This document shows positions 1 to 9,683 of a stretch of 64,000 nucleotides of DNA, piece after piece. Source of the stretch: an uncultured Marinoscillum sp. (GTDB lineage: Bacteria > Bacteroidota > Bacteroidia > Cytophagales > MED-G16); assembly GCA_902626505.1 (NCBI GenBank), contig CACOFQ010000002.1:11409-75408 (forward strand). Direction: 5' to 3'. The notes beneath the pieces are model-generated. The model did no database searches. It saw nothing but the letters and a program-made list of their open reading frames with translations, and was not told where the DNA came from. The position numbers and the translations under genes are program-made. Each line of letters opens with the position of its first letter. Position 1 is the stretch's first letter.

Positions 1-390
1 TTTTCAGGTAAAAAATCAGCCTTGATTTCAGAAGCGAAAGTTTTCCATAAAAGAAGGACTGATATTTTTAATTTTTTTAATCAAATGTTCAAGTCTGGAA
101 AAGGAAGACATTATCTTAATTTAAAGTATAATAATACCTTTAAATTATTTCATTTATTACCAAGTTTATTTTTGTTAGGTTTTATATTGGGCATTTTACT
201 ATTTGCTTTTAATTATTTTAAATATTCGAATATAATTTTAGGCATTTATATGATTTATAGTATTCTCATTTTTATTTTATCAACTATAATTAATAAAAAT
301 CCAATAATTGGGTTTTTATCAGTAGTTACAACATTTTGCCAGTTTTTTGGTTATGGAGCTGGTTTTATTTACGCTCTAGTAAAAAAATAA
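1..390 (+). CDS. Partial CDS (5' end outside window): C-terminal multi-pass membrane region of an unidentified protein, possibly a membrane-anchored glycosyltransferase
   Basis: Frame 1 is open from base 1 (FSGKKSALISEAKVFHKRR...). The track ORF 22..390 merely starts at an internal TTG. Three hydrophobic helices are present (LLPSLFLLGFILGILLFAF, ILGIYMIYSILIFILSTII, IIGFLSVVTTFCQFFGYGAGFIYAL). The function is a guess. Confidence 0.4.
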   Translation, partial: FSGKKSALISEAKVFHKRRTDIFNFFNQMFKSGKGRHYLNLKYNNTFKLFHLLPSLFLLGFILGILLFAFNYFKYSNIILGIYMIYSILIFILSTIINKNPIIGFLSVVTTFCQFFGYGAGFIYALVKK

Positions 391-393
391 TTT

Positions 394-1161
394 TTATTTT
401 GTAACAAGGAAAAGATCTTCCTTTTCATCAATTCCATATCTACTAATTTTATCCTTTTCTAGAAATTTATTTGATTTAATTTTATCAACTTTTAGACCAA
501 CTGATGAAAGTCTTTTTTTATAATCCTTTCCATATTTTCTTACATGATCAGATTGACCATAAACTATTTCTCTTTCTTTCTTATCTACAATATTCTTATC
601 TTCAATTGTGATTTTAGGAATTGGGAAATAAAATGGAACCTGAACTATACCTTTACCTCCTTTTTTTAATACTCTTTTAATTTCTTGTAAAGCTTTAATG
701 TCATTGTCAACATGTTCCAAAACATGATTACATATAACAAAATCAAATATGTTATCATCAAAAGGCATATTATGAATATCCATCTTAATATCTGCTAATG
801 GTGAATTTAAATCAGCAGTTACATAATCTATTTTTTTATTTTTTTTAAAAGTTTCGATAAGACAATTCTCTGGAGCAATATGTAAAATTTTGTTATTTTT
901 ATTCAAGATCGAAGTTTTTTTATTTAGATAAATAAAAATTAATCTATGTCTTTCAAGTGATAGGCAGTTTGTACAGAGTGCATTTTCTCTTGTCACTCTT
1001 CCATAAGGAAAAAATTTACTAAACTTTTTATTACATATAGGACATTCAACATTATTTCCAATATAGAAAGCAGATAGTAATTTAAATATTGGTTTGCTTA
1101 CTCTTTGAAGATAAGTTCTAGGAACCTTTTTTAATAGAAAACCTATGAATGGCTTTATCAT
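394..1161 (-). CDS. Class I SAM-dependent methyltransferase with N-terminal 4-Cys zinc-ribbon
   Basis: CPICNKKF...CTNCLSLERHR Cys4 motif, followed by a methyltransferase-type-11-like core (FDFVICNHVLEHV, LKKGGKGIVQVP). ATG start overlaps the purB stop (ATGA). Confidence 0.7.
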   Translation of the reverse strand: MIKPFIGFLLKKVPRTYLQRVSKPIFKLLSAFYIGNNVECPICNKKFSKFFPYGRVTRENALCTNCLSLERHRLIFIYLNKKTSILNKNNKILHIAPENCLIETFKKNKKIDYVTADLNSPLADIKMDIHNMPFDDNIFDFVICNHVLEHVDNDIKALQEIKRVLKKGGKGIVQVPFYFPIPKITIEDKNIVDKKEREIVYGQSDHVRKYGKDYKKRLSSVGLKVDKIKSNKFLEKDKISRYGIDEKEDLFLVTK

Positions 1162-2513
1162 TTTTTTAGATTACCTATATAATTACTAGGAGTAATTGAT
1201 AAAAGCTCATCTTTAACTTCATCATTTACTGGAAGTTTTTTTATAAATTCTTTTAAAGACTTCTGATTTATTTCATTATTTCCTCTTGTTAAATTTTTTA
1301 ATAACTCGTATGGATTTTCAATATTTTCTCTCCTTAATATTGTTTGGATCCCTTCTGATATTACAGCCCAGTTATTGTTTAAATCTTTTTCTATTTCTTT
1401 TTTATTTATATCTATTTTATTTAATCCTTTGATAATTGAATCAAAAGCAATTTTTGTATGGGCTAGTGGAACACCAATATTTCTAGAAACCGTAGAATCT
1501 GTTAAGTCTCTTTGTAGTCTTGATACAGGTAATTTTTCAGCTAAAAAAATAAATTGAGAATTTGCTAGCATAAGATTTCCTTCTGCATTTTCAAAATCTA
1601 TAGGATTTACTTTGTGTGGCATAGCAGACGAACCAACTTCATTTTTATTAACTTTTTGTATTAAATAGTTAATTGAAATATAATGCCATATGTCTCTACA
1701 TAAATCAATTAAAACTGTATTAATTCTTGACATATTATGAAATATAGCTGCCATATTATCATAATGTTCAATTTGAGTTGTTGGATTTGATCTTTCCAAT
1801 CCTAAATCTTGAAGAAAACTTTCAGCAAAATCATTCCAATTGATTTTTGGGTATGAGACGTAGTGAGCATTTAAATTACCAGAAGCTCCTCCAAATTTTC
1901 CATTATTAGGAATTTTTTTTAATGATTTTATTTGATTTTCTAGACGAATAGTAAAAACATTTATCTCTTTACCTAATGTTGTTGGTGACGCAGGTTGTCC
2001 ATGAGTTCTTGCAATCATTGATATTTCATCTGAAATATTTGATATATTATTCAATGAAATAATTAGATTTTTTAATTGAGGAATTATAATATCATTAATT
2101 GATTCTTTTATCATCAATGGTATTGCTGTATTATTTACATCTTGTGATGTAAGTCCAAAATGGACAAATTCTTTGTATTTATAAAGACCTATTTTATCAA
2201 ATTGATTTTTTAAAAAATATTCAACAGCTTTAACATCATGATTTATTTCATTTTCAATTTCCTTTATTTTCAAAGCATCTTGATGAGTGAAATTTTGATA
2301 TATAGATCTGATACCTTTCCTATCTTTTTCAGATAAATTTTTGAAATTTTTTATAGGTAGTTTTGATAGTGCTATGAAGTACTCAATTTCTACAAAGACT
2401 CTATATTTTATTAAGCCAAATTCAGAGAAATAAGTAGAAAGTGATTCTGTTTTTGAATAATATCTTCCATCAATTGGTGAAATAGAAAGGATGTTATTTA
2501 AATCATTATTCAT
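1158..2513 (-). CDS. purB: Adenylosuccinate lyase
   Basis: N-terminus SPIDGRY, fumarate-lyase signature GSSAMPHKVNP, length about 450 aa. The track start at 2519 is TTG; the ATG two codons downstream (2513) is preferred. Confidence 0.9.
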   Translation of the reverse strand: MNNDLNNILSISPIDGRYYSKTESLSTYFSEFGLIKYRVFVEIEYFIALSKLPIKNFKNLSEKDRKGIRSIYQNFTHQDALKIKEIENEINHDVKAVEYFLKNQFDKIGLYKYKEFVHFGLTSQDVNNTAIPLMIKESINDIIIPQLKNLIISLNNISNISDEISMIARTHGQPASPTTLGKEINVFTIRLENQIKSLKKIPNNGKFGGASGNLNAHYVSYPKINWNDFAESFLQDLGLERSNPTTQIEHYDNMAAIFHNMSRINTVLIDLCRDIWHYISINYLIQKVNKNEVGSSAMPHKVNPIDFENAEGNLMLANSQFIFLAEKLPVSRLQRDLTDSTVSRNIGVPLAHTKIAFDSIIKGLNKIDINKKEIEKDLNNNWAVISEGIQTILRRENIENPYELLKNLTRGNNEINQKSLKEFIKKLPVNDEVKDELLSITPSNYIGNLKK

Positions 2514-2581
2514 CTGCAAATTTAGGTAATTATTGTAACAGATGACATATATTCACGTTATTAAGATTAATTTTTATAGAA

Positions 2582-2863
2582 ATGTCAGATAATATTAACG
2601 TTAAAATCAATATGGATGGTGAAATCTTTGAATTCGTCATGGCTAGAAATGATAATATTTTAGATTCTGCTCTAAGTGAAGATATTGATTTGCCTTATTC
2701 TTGTCAGAGTGGTGTTTGTACTGCATGTCAAGGTAAATTAGTTTCTGGGAAAGTTGAAATGGAAGTAACTGATGGACTATCTGATGAAGAAATAGATGAA
2801 GGTTATATTTTATGTTGTCAAGCTCAACCAACATCGGGTGATCTTGAAATTGATATAGAATAA
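2582..2863 (+). CDS. Plant-type [2Fe-2S] ferredoxin
   Basis: 93 aa with the cluster-binding pattern C-x4-C-x2-C...C (PYSCQSGVCTACQGKL ... ILCCQAQP). Confidence 0.85.
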   Translation: MSDNINVKINMDGEIFEFVMARNDNILDSALSEDIDLPYSCQSGVCTACQGKLVSGKVEMEVTDGLSDEEIDEGYILCCQAQPTSGDLEIDIE

Positions 2864-2888
2864 TAACCTTTCTCTTTTACGATTTTTC

Positions 2889-2920
2889 TTTGAAAATGAT
2901 TAAATAAAATAATAGATTTG
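2889..2920 (+). promoter_or_regulatory. Bacteroidetes-type sigma-A promoter upstream of rpoD (TTTG-N20-TAGATTTG)
   Basis: TTTG at 2889..2892 and TAGATTTG at 2913..2920 match the published -33 TTTG / -7 TAnnTTTG consensus with a 20-nt spacer. The ATG is 28 nt downstream. Confidence 0.45.
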
Positions 2921-2947
2921 CAGATATTTTTTTTCTATTTATAGCTC

Positions 2948-3820
2948 ATGAGACAACTTAAAATTACACAATCAATAACTAACAGAAGAGAAAGTCATAC
3001 TCTTGAAAAGTATTTTACTGAGGTAAGTGGAGTTCCTATGATTACTCCAGAGGAAGAGGTTAGACTTGCAAAAGAAATTAAAAAGGGTAACCAGGATGCA
3101 TTAGATAAACTTGTTAGAGCTAATTTGAGATTTGTTGTGTCAGTTGCTAAACAATACCAAAATAGGAGTTTACCTTTAAATGACCTTATTAATGAAGGAA
3201 ATTTAGGATTGATTAAAGCAGCAAAGAAATTTGATGAAACTAAAGGTTTTAAATTTATTTCTTATGCTGTTTGGTGGATAAGACAATCAATTATGCAAGC
3301 TCTAGCGGAACAATCAAGAATTGTTCGTCTACCCATGAATAAATCTGGTGCTATAAATCAAATAAGAAGGGCATATGCTGAACTTGAGCAAAAATATGAA
3401 AGAGAGCCAACAGAAGAAGAAATCGCAGAATCATTAGATATGAAAACAACTGAAGTTAGAAGTACTTTAGGTGCTGAAGTTAAACAAATGTCAATGGATG
3501 CACCATTTGGCGAAGATGATTCTGGATCTTTATTAGATGTATTAGAAAATGATTCGGAAGGTCCTACTGATACTGGATTAGTTTTTAACCATTCTCTTAA
3601 AATTGAAACTATGAGAGCTTTATCAACTTTAACTCCTAGGGAAAGAGATGTTGTTTTAATGAGTTTTGGTATTGGTTTTGATAACCCATATACATTAGAA
3701 GAGATAGGAGACGTTATGGGTTTAACAAGGGAGAGAGTCCGACAGATTAGAGAAAAGGCTTTACAAAAACTAAGAGAGCCTGGAAAAAATAGAAGACTTA
3801 AAGAATTTTGTGCTAATTAG
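2948..3820 (+). CDS. rpoD: RNA polymerase primary sigma factor (short Bacteroidetes sigma-A form)
   Basis: Region 2 (NLRFVVSVAKQY, NEGNLGLIKAAKKFD, FISYAVWWIRQSI) and region 4.2 HTH (TLEEIGDVMGLTRERVRQIREKAL). 290 aa with no region 1.1, as in Bacteroidetes. Confidence 0.92.
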   Translation: MRQLKITQSITNRRESHTLEKYFTEVSGVPMITPEEEVRLAKEIKKGNQDALDKLVRANLRFVVSVAKQYQNRSLPLNDLINEGNLGLIKAAKKFDETKGFKFISYAVWWIRQSIMQALAEQSRIVRLPMNKSGAINQIRRAYAELEQKYEREPTEEEIAESLDMKTTEVRSTLGAEVKQMSMDAPFGEDDSGSLLDVLENDSEGPTDTGLVFNHSLKIETMRALSTLTPRERDVVLMSFGIGFDNPYTLEEIGDVMGLTRERVRQIREKALQKLREPGKNRRLKEFCAN

Positions 3821-3924
3821 ATTGAGTCCTTTAAGTATCTTATTTTAATTTTCATCGTAAACTTTTATTTATTAATTAAGTACCATATTTTTGTAAATTA
3901 ATTTCAAAGCAGTATAAATTGAGT

Positions 3925-6900
3925 ATGAATTTCAATAGATTTATTTCATTTCTTTCAGTATTATTAATTTCATTTTCATGTAATGATCATGAAAATGCAA
4001 GAGATAGAAGATATATAAAAAAACAGTCAATTATTGTTGGTAATCAAAAATTTGATGGCCCTGAAAAATATATGTATTATCATGCTGCTGTAAAGCATGG
4101 GAATGATGATTTATCTCAGCCATCAATTCATAAGCAGTATAAGCCAGGATATAAAAATATTGAGTTAAAAAAAGCGATTGCTAACTTAAATAAAAGTCAA
4201 TTTGTTAATCAATCTAGATCTGGAAATAACACATTTTCAGCATATGCTAAAGATAATGCTGTTTTTATTGAAAGAGGTCCTTACAATGTACCTGGAAGAA
4301 CTAGAGGAATACTTGTTGATGCAGCTGATCCAAGTGGTAATACTTGGATAGCTGGAAGTGTAGGTGGCGGTTTATGGAAAACATCTGATGAAGGTGTTAC
4401 TTGGAATTCAATTACTAGTGATATGGATAACATTGCCATTTCATGGCTAGCACAGTCTCCATCAAATCCAAGCATTATTTATGTTGGTACAGGTGAGAGT
4501 TGGGTTGGATCATTAGGTGATATTGATGGTGCAGGAGTTTACAAAAGCTCTGACGGTGGTAACTCATGGTCAAATATCTCTCCAAAAGATGATGAAGGTT
4601 ACATAAACCCTGATTTTACTAACATTAGTAGAATTATATCTGATCCTAACGACTCTAATATTGTTTTAATTAGTACAAGTGGATCAAATGGAACAAGTAA
4701 AATATATAAGTCCACTGATGGAGGACTAAACTGGATTCAAAAATTTAATTCAACTAGTGGTAGAATTCAGCAAATAATAGCTTCACCTAGTGATTTTAAT
4801 ATTCAATATGCTGCAATAAATGGCGTAGGTGTTATGAGGTCTATCGATGCAGGTTCAAGTTGGACTAACCCTGGGGGTATAGGTTTGACAACTACATTGT
4901 CTTACGATAACGCAGAAGGTCTTCTGCAAGGTAGTGGCGGTAATTTTGGTAGACTCGAGGTTGCGGTATCTCACCAAGATCCAAATACACTTTATGTTGG
5001 AATAAACGGTTTATCTGCATCATATTTGAGAGTTTCATACGATGGTGGAACAACATGGAATCTTCTTAAAAATGAAGATGGAACTGATGATGATTGGTTA
5101 GAAAGAATAGGTTGGTATGCAAATACTTTAAATGTAAATCCATTTAATGATAGTATAATATATTATGGAAGTCAAGATGCAGCAAAGGCTAAAATTCTAC
5201 CTAATGAAAGTAGTACATCTTTTTCAGGAAGTGCGACTATAGTATCTTTAGATAATACTTCATCTCACCTTAACCTTGTAAATATATGGGGAGGTTCTGT
5301 AGTAGGTACAGAAACAGAATGGGAAGATAATTCTGAATCTCCTAAATTTGATGATATTGAAATAAGATTTGGGCCAGGTAAAAAACAAAAAGCATACAGG
5401 TTTTCAGTGCCTGAAGGTGCAGCTCAAGGAGTTCGACATAGAAATTATAAATATCAGGGCGATGTAGAAGTGCCATTTGAAGCATGGAACATTTCAGCAG
5501 ATCCCGAAGAGCAAATTACAATATCATTTAGAGACAACAACAACAATGGTGTATTTGACTTACTTCCAGAACAAGGTGATAGTAGAGAATATATATTTCC
5601 GCAAAATGTTTCATATGATCCAACTATGTCTCAGGCAGATATCATAGGTGATGGTACTCCAGAAAATAGTGCATCATTATATGGTCAGCTATATAAGACA
5701 TTATATTTGTTGTGGCCTTATCTTGCAGATGGTGTCACATGGGATCCTGATAATTTACCCGAGTCTTCTATAAAAATTGAATCAGTCATTAAAGATTATA
5801 AAAATTATACGAAGTCTGAACAAATATTAACTAACTATTATGGAAATAACGGAAATCAAGATGTAAATGAAAATGTTCATGTAGATCACCATAGTTTTGA
5901 AACAATTATTGACTCAGAATCAGATAGTACATTTAGAGTACTACTTACAACAGATGGAGGAGTTTATAATACAGTATCTGGGAAAGATCCAGGAAGTGAC
6001 GGTGATTTTATTCAAGGTGGTATACAAGGTGGTACTGTTTGGTTCACACCTGCTGGTGGATATAACACAACTCAATTCTATGGTGCTGATAAAATAGTTG
6101 GTTCTGACAGATATATTGGAGGAGCACAAGATAACGGAACATTTGCAAACCTAAACGGAAAATTTGGTGGTGATGATGATGATAATGCAAGCGCCACTAC
6201 TAATTATGATTATCTTATTGGTGGTGATGGCTTTGAAGTTGTAGCTCACCATACAGATCCAAATAAACTTTTTGGTGGAAGCCAATTTAATAACTTTTGG
6301 TATACACATGATGGAGGAGATAACTGGACTAATTTATATAATGTATTAGAAGGAACTGGGCCTTTTATTAATAGAGTTTCTACCTCATATCAATTACCAG
6401 ACCTATTGGCTGTAGTATCTGATGCTGGAGTAAATATATCGCAAGATTTTGGAGCTAATTGGGAGAACACACGTATAACAGGCTCTTGGGGATTTTGGTC
6501 TGGGACTGATGTTGAAGTTTCAATGGCAAATCCTAGATTTATTTGGGCAGGAGGAAGAATGAGTTCAACAGGAAAAATATTTTTATCTCAGGATTACGGA
6601 GCAACATTTGAACCTGTCAATAACTATAACAATGTAGGTATAATTTCTGGTCTATACTCACATCCAACCGAAGATTCAACCGCATATGTTTTATTTGGAT
6701 ATAAAGGATATGCAAAAGTCATAGAAACAAAAGATTTAGGACAAAGTTGGGTCGATATTACTGGATTTGAGAATGAAAACGGAACATTTGCGGACTTTTC
6801 AAAAAATGGATTTCCAGATGTAGCAGTTTATAGCTTTTTAGTTATGCCTCATAATACAGATATCATGTGGGCTGGAACTGAAATTGGATTATTTGAATCA

Positions 6901-8187
6901 ACAAATAATGGTCAGACATGGCATAAGGTTATTGGAGACCTACCAAATGTCACAATTTGGGATATGAAAATTAAGGATCAGGGTCAGATTGTTATTGCAA
7001 CACATGGCCGTGGTATATGGACCGCAACTTTAGAAGATTTAAAGAATTTTGTACCTAAGCCAACTACTCTGCCTCCTGTGATAGTTCAAGCTGCTCAGTC
7101 TGAAAGAGAGGATGCTTATGAAATTAATATTAAAGTGGAATTGCAGTCAGCTTATGACTCTCTTGATATAATTGCAAACGGTAATCAAAGTGGAAGATTT
7201 TATGATACCGATGATATAGGTGAACGTGATTATATGATTGGTGTAAATGATTTTGGCGACTTCGAATTACAAGCAATTGGTTATGAAAATGGTGTACAAT
7301 ATCAATCTGCAATTTATAGTATAGTTATAAACCCTGTTTTAGCACCTAGAACTGAATTTAGCACCAATTTTAGTGATTTAGTTGGAGATGAGTTTTATTT
7401 AGACAGATTTAGAATTGGAGCTCAAGGAGGTTTTGAAGGTAGACAACTTCACTCAGATCATCCATATAAATCCGCTGTTTCACAAGGCTATTCTGGTAAT
7501 GAAGGCTACAGCTTAGTTGCTATGCTGAATATTCCAATTATAATTACTGACTTTACTCCTTCTATCAGATTTAATGAAATTGCTATAGTAGAAACTGGTG
7601 AATCTGGTACATCATACGGAGATTTCGAATTTTGGGATTATGTAATAGTTGAAGCTTCTAAAGATGGAGAATATTGGAAGCCTTTGATAGATGGTTATGA
7701 TTCTGATGCTCATGCAGATTGGAGAGTTGCCTATCAAGGAGGAGCATTTGGATCTCCTGATTTATTAAAAGATAGGCAAATAAACTTTAAACCTCATTTT
7801 AATGAAGGTGATACTGTTAAAGTAAGATTTAGATTATATTCTGATCCCTTGACTGTTGGTTGGGGTTGGCTAGTAGATGATTTATACATTCAAAAAGAAA
7901 CCCCAGTAGTTCAAGGAATAGAATTTACAAAGTTAGATGAAAATATATCTGTTTTCCCAAATCCTAATCGTGGAAAATTTAATATTAAGTTTTCTGATGT
8001 ATGGGATGGTGATGTTGACTGTGAAATAATTGATATTTTTGGAAGGCCTATATACAAAAATGTTTTAAACAATATTTCTGGATCTTCTTCTCATAATATT
8101 GACATTTCATCAAGAAATGATGGAATTTTTATATTGAAGTTAGTTCAAGGTGATAAGAAGACAATGTTTAAAATTATAAAAGAATAA
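3925..8187 (+). CDS. Very large secreted Asp-box (BNR)/sortilin-like beta-propeller protein with MAM/jelly-roll-like module and T9SS type A C-terminal sorting domain
   Basis: At least nine S-x-D-x-G-x-(T/S)-W Asp-boxes (SSDGGNSW, STDGGLNW, SIDAGSSW, SYDGGTTW, THDGGDNW, SQDFGANW, TKDLGQSW, STNNGQTW). C-terminal ISVFPNPNRGKFNIKF...GIFILKLVQGDKKTMFKIIKE fits the Por/T9SS CTD. The signal peptide has a lipobox-like LISFSC. The track start at 3919 is TTG; ATG at 3925 is preferred. Confidence 0.8.
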   Translation: MNFNRFISFLSVLLISFSCNDHENARDRRYIKKQSIIVGNQKFDGPEKYMYYHAAVKHGNDDLSQPSIHKQYKPGYKNIELKKAIANLNKSQFVNQSRSGNNTFSAYAKDNAVFIERGPYNVPGRTRGILVDAADPSGNTWIAGSVGGGLWKTSDEGVTWNSITSDMDNIAISWLAQSPSNPSIIYVGTGESWVGSLGDIDGAGVYKSSDGGNSWSNISPKDDEGYINPDFTNISRIISDPNDSNIVLISTSGSNGTSKIYKSTDGGLNWIQKFNSTSGRIQQIIASPSDFNIQYAAINGVGVMRSIDAGSSWTNPGGIGLTTTLSYDNAEGLLQGSGGNFGRLEVAVSHQDPNTLYVGINGLSASYLRVSYDGGTTWNLLKNEDGTDDDWLERIGWYANTLNVNPFNDSIIYYGSQDAAKAKILPNESSTSFSGSATIVSLDNTSSHLNLVNIWGGSVVGTETEWEDNSESPKFDDIEIRFGPGKKQKAYRFSVPEGAAQGVRHRNYKYQGDVEVPFEAWNISADPEEQITISFRDNNNNGVFDLLPEQGDSREYIFPQNVSYDPTMSQADIIGDGTPENSASLYGQLYKTLYLLWPYLADGVTWDPDNLPESSIKIESVIKDYKNYTKSEQILTNYYGNNGNQDVNENVHVDHHSFETIIDSESDSTFRVLLTTDGGVYNTVSGKDPGSDGDFIQGGIQGGTVWFTPAGGYNTTQFYGADKIVGSDRYIGGAQDNGTFANLNGKFGGDDDDNASATTNYDYLIGGDGFEVVAHHTDPNKLFGGSQFNNFWYTHDGGDNWTNLYNVLEGTGPFINRVSTSYQLPDLLAVVSDAGVNISQDFGANWENTRITGSWGFWSGTDVEVSMANPRFIWAGGRMSSTGKIFLSQDYGATFEPVNNYNNVGIISGLYSHPTEDSTAYVLFGYKGYAKVIETKDLGQSWVDITGFENENGTFADFSKNGFPDVAVYSFLVMPHNTDIMWAGTEIGLFESTNNGQTWHKVIGDLPNVTIWDMKIKDQGQIVIATHGRGIWTATLEDLKNFVPKPTTLPPVIVQAAQSEREDAYEINIKVELQSAYDSLDIIANGNQSGRFYDTDDIGERDYMIGVNDFGDFELQAIGYENGVQYQSAIYSIVINPVLAPRTEFSTNFSDLVGDEFYLDRFRIGAQGGFEGRQLHSDHPYKSAVSQGYSGNEGYSLVAMLNIPIIITDFTPSIRFNEIAIVETGESGTSYGDFEFWDYVIVEASKDGEYWKPLIDGYDSDAHADWRVAYQGGAFGSPDLLKDRQINFKPHFNEGDTVKVRFRLYSDPLTVGWGWLVDDLYIQKETPVVQGIEFTKLDENISVFPNPNRGKFNIKFSDVWDGDVDCEIIDIFGRPIYKNVLNNISGSSSHNIDISSRNDGIFILKLVQGDKKTMFKIIKE

Positions 8188-8907
8188 CTATCTCTTTATT
8201 TTTATTCTTTTAAGAGACACTCTCCTAAATCTAATATTTATTAATTCCACACCAAGAGTGAAGAATAATGAGAAGTAAATAAATCCTTTTGGAATATCTA
8301 TATGTGCTGCTTCTAAAATTAATGTAAAACCAATTAGAATTAGAAAGCATAAGGCTAAAATTTCTAGAGATGGATATCTATCAATGATATCACTTATTTT
8401 AGAGGAATATACAATCATAAAAAATATTGATATTATAACTGCTATTATCATAACTAATAATATTTCAGTAAGACCTATTGCAGTTAAAATAGAGTCAACA
8501 GAAAAAACAAAATCAACAGCTACAATTTGCCAAATAATAGATTTAAAACTTACAGAATTTGTTTCATTTAATTTTTCATCAAAATTTCCATTTATTTTAT
8601 GAGAGATTTCAAGAACACTTTTGAAAATTAGGAATCCACCTCCAAAGAATAAAATAAAATCTTTAATGCTAAAGTTCATAAAAACTGGCTTTGTTAAACC
8701 AATAAACCAAGTTAAACCGAATAACATGATAATTCTTAAAACTAAAGCAAGAAGGAGTCCAATTACTCTGGCTCTATGTCTGCTTTTTTTTTCAACTTTA
8801 TTTGTTACAATTGAAATGAAAATAATATTATCGATACCTAATATTATCTCAATGATTGTCAGTGTAAATAACGCAATGTAAGTCTCTATTTCTAAAAATA
8901 TTTCCAT
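8188..8907 (-). CDS. TerC family integral membrane protein
   Basis: Multi-pass membrane protein with the TerC hallmark LTIIEIILGIDNIIFISI and a second SVDSILTAIG repeat. Confidence 0.8.
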   Translation of the reverse strand: MEIFLEIETYIALFTLTIIEIILGIDNIIFISIVTNKVEKKSRHRARVIGLLLALVLRIIMLFGLTWFIGLTKPVFMNFSIKDFILFFGGGFLIFKSVLEISHKINGNFDEKLNETNSVSFKSIIWQIVAVDFVFSVDSILTAIGLTEILLVMIIAVIISIFFMIVYSSKISDIIDRYPSLEILALCFLILIGFTLILEAAHIDIPKGFIYFSLFFTLGVELINIRFRRVSLKRIKIKR

Positions 8908-8993
8908 TTGATTATAAATTAATATAAATTAAAATTTGAGAACATTTTTGTTTACTTTGGCATCTAATTTAAAAAACGAAATTAAATATTTAA

Positions 8994-9677
8994 ATGAATA
9001 ATATTATAGAAGTTAAAGATATTTCTAGACATTACTATGTTGGTAAGCAAACTGTAAAAGCCCTAGATTCAATTACAGTTAATATTAAGCAAAATGAATA
9101 TGTTTCATTTATGGGTGCCTCAGGTTCTGGTAAATCAACACTAATGAATATAATTGGTTGTTTAGATTCTCCTACTGGTGGAACATATAAATTAAATACA
9201 AAAGATGTCAGTAATATGTCTGAGAATGAATTAGCAGATATTAGAAATAAAGAAATAGGCTTCGTTTTTCAAACTTTTAATCTATTACCCAGAGCTTCGG
9301 CACTAGATAATGTATCTCTTCCATTAGTTTATGCAGGTTACTCATCTAGTGAGAGAAAAGATATGGCAATGAGTGCATTAGAAGATGTAGACTTAGTTGA
9401 TAGAGCTACTCATAAACCTAATGAATTATCTGGTGGACAAAGACAGAGAGTAGCTATTGCAAGAGCTTTGGTAAATGATCCAAGTATTATTTTAGCGGAT
9501 GAACCAACAGGTAATCTTGATAGTAAAACTTCATACAGTATTATGGATCTTTTTTCTCACCTTCATGAAAAAGGAAATACCATTATAATGGTAACACATG
9601 AGGAGGATATTGCTGAATATTCTAAAAGAATTGTTAGATTAAAAGATGGGCTTATATCTTCTGATAAAAAAAAATAA
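8994..9677 (+). CDS. ABC transporter ATP-binding protein (LolD/MacB/FtsE-like)
   Basis: Walker [13 protein letters not shown] signature LSGGQRQR, Walker [10 protein letters not shown]-loop VTHE. No permease gene is adjacent. Confidence 0.85.
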   Translation: MNNIIEVKDISRHYYVGKQTVKALDSITVNIKQNEYVSFMGASGSGKSTLMNIIGCLDSPTGGTYKLNTKDVSNMSENELADIRNKEIGFVFQTFNLLPRASALDNVSLPLVYAGYSSSERKDMAMSALEDVDLVDRATHKPNELSGGQRQRVAIARALVNDPSIILADEPTGNLDSKTSYSIMDLFSHLHEKGNTIIMVTHEEDIAEYSKRIVRLKDGLISSDKKK

Positions 9678-9683
9678 AAAATC

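Noticed and set aside
8384-8881. Short antisense ORFs inside real genes. Examples are 8384..8602 and 8621..8881 opposite TerC; the same class includes 1375..1557, 2643..2834, 4281..4475, 5897..6129, 7130..7312, 10074..10534, 15590..15790, 16187..16516, 17428..17619, 18417..18599, 19489..19716, 23577..23909, 25376..25992, 27222..27407, 29282..29482, 31714..31950, 34238..34459, 37197..37385, 38447..39002, 41326..42027, 50066..50302, 54334..54537, 57671..57892, 62438..62671 and 63482..63880
   Set aside because: All of them lie entirely within, or out of frame with, long ORFs that have clear homology motifs. Their translations are low-complexity Ile/Phe/Ser/Leu-rich, as expected for antisense reading of AT-rich coding DNA.
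8908-8993. Possible yybP-ykoY (Mn2+) riboswitch upstream of the TerC family gene
   Set aside because: Only 86 nt of almost pure A/T is shared with the divergent ABC gene. There are no GC-rich helices and no conserved GGGGAGUAG-type core.
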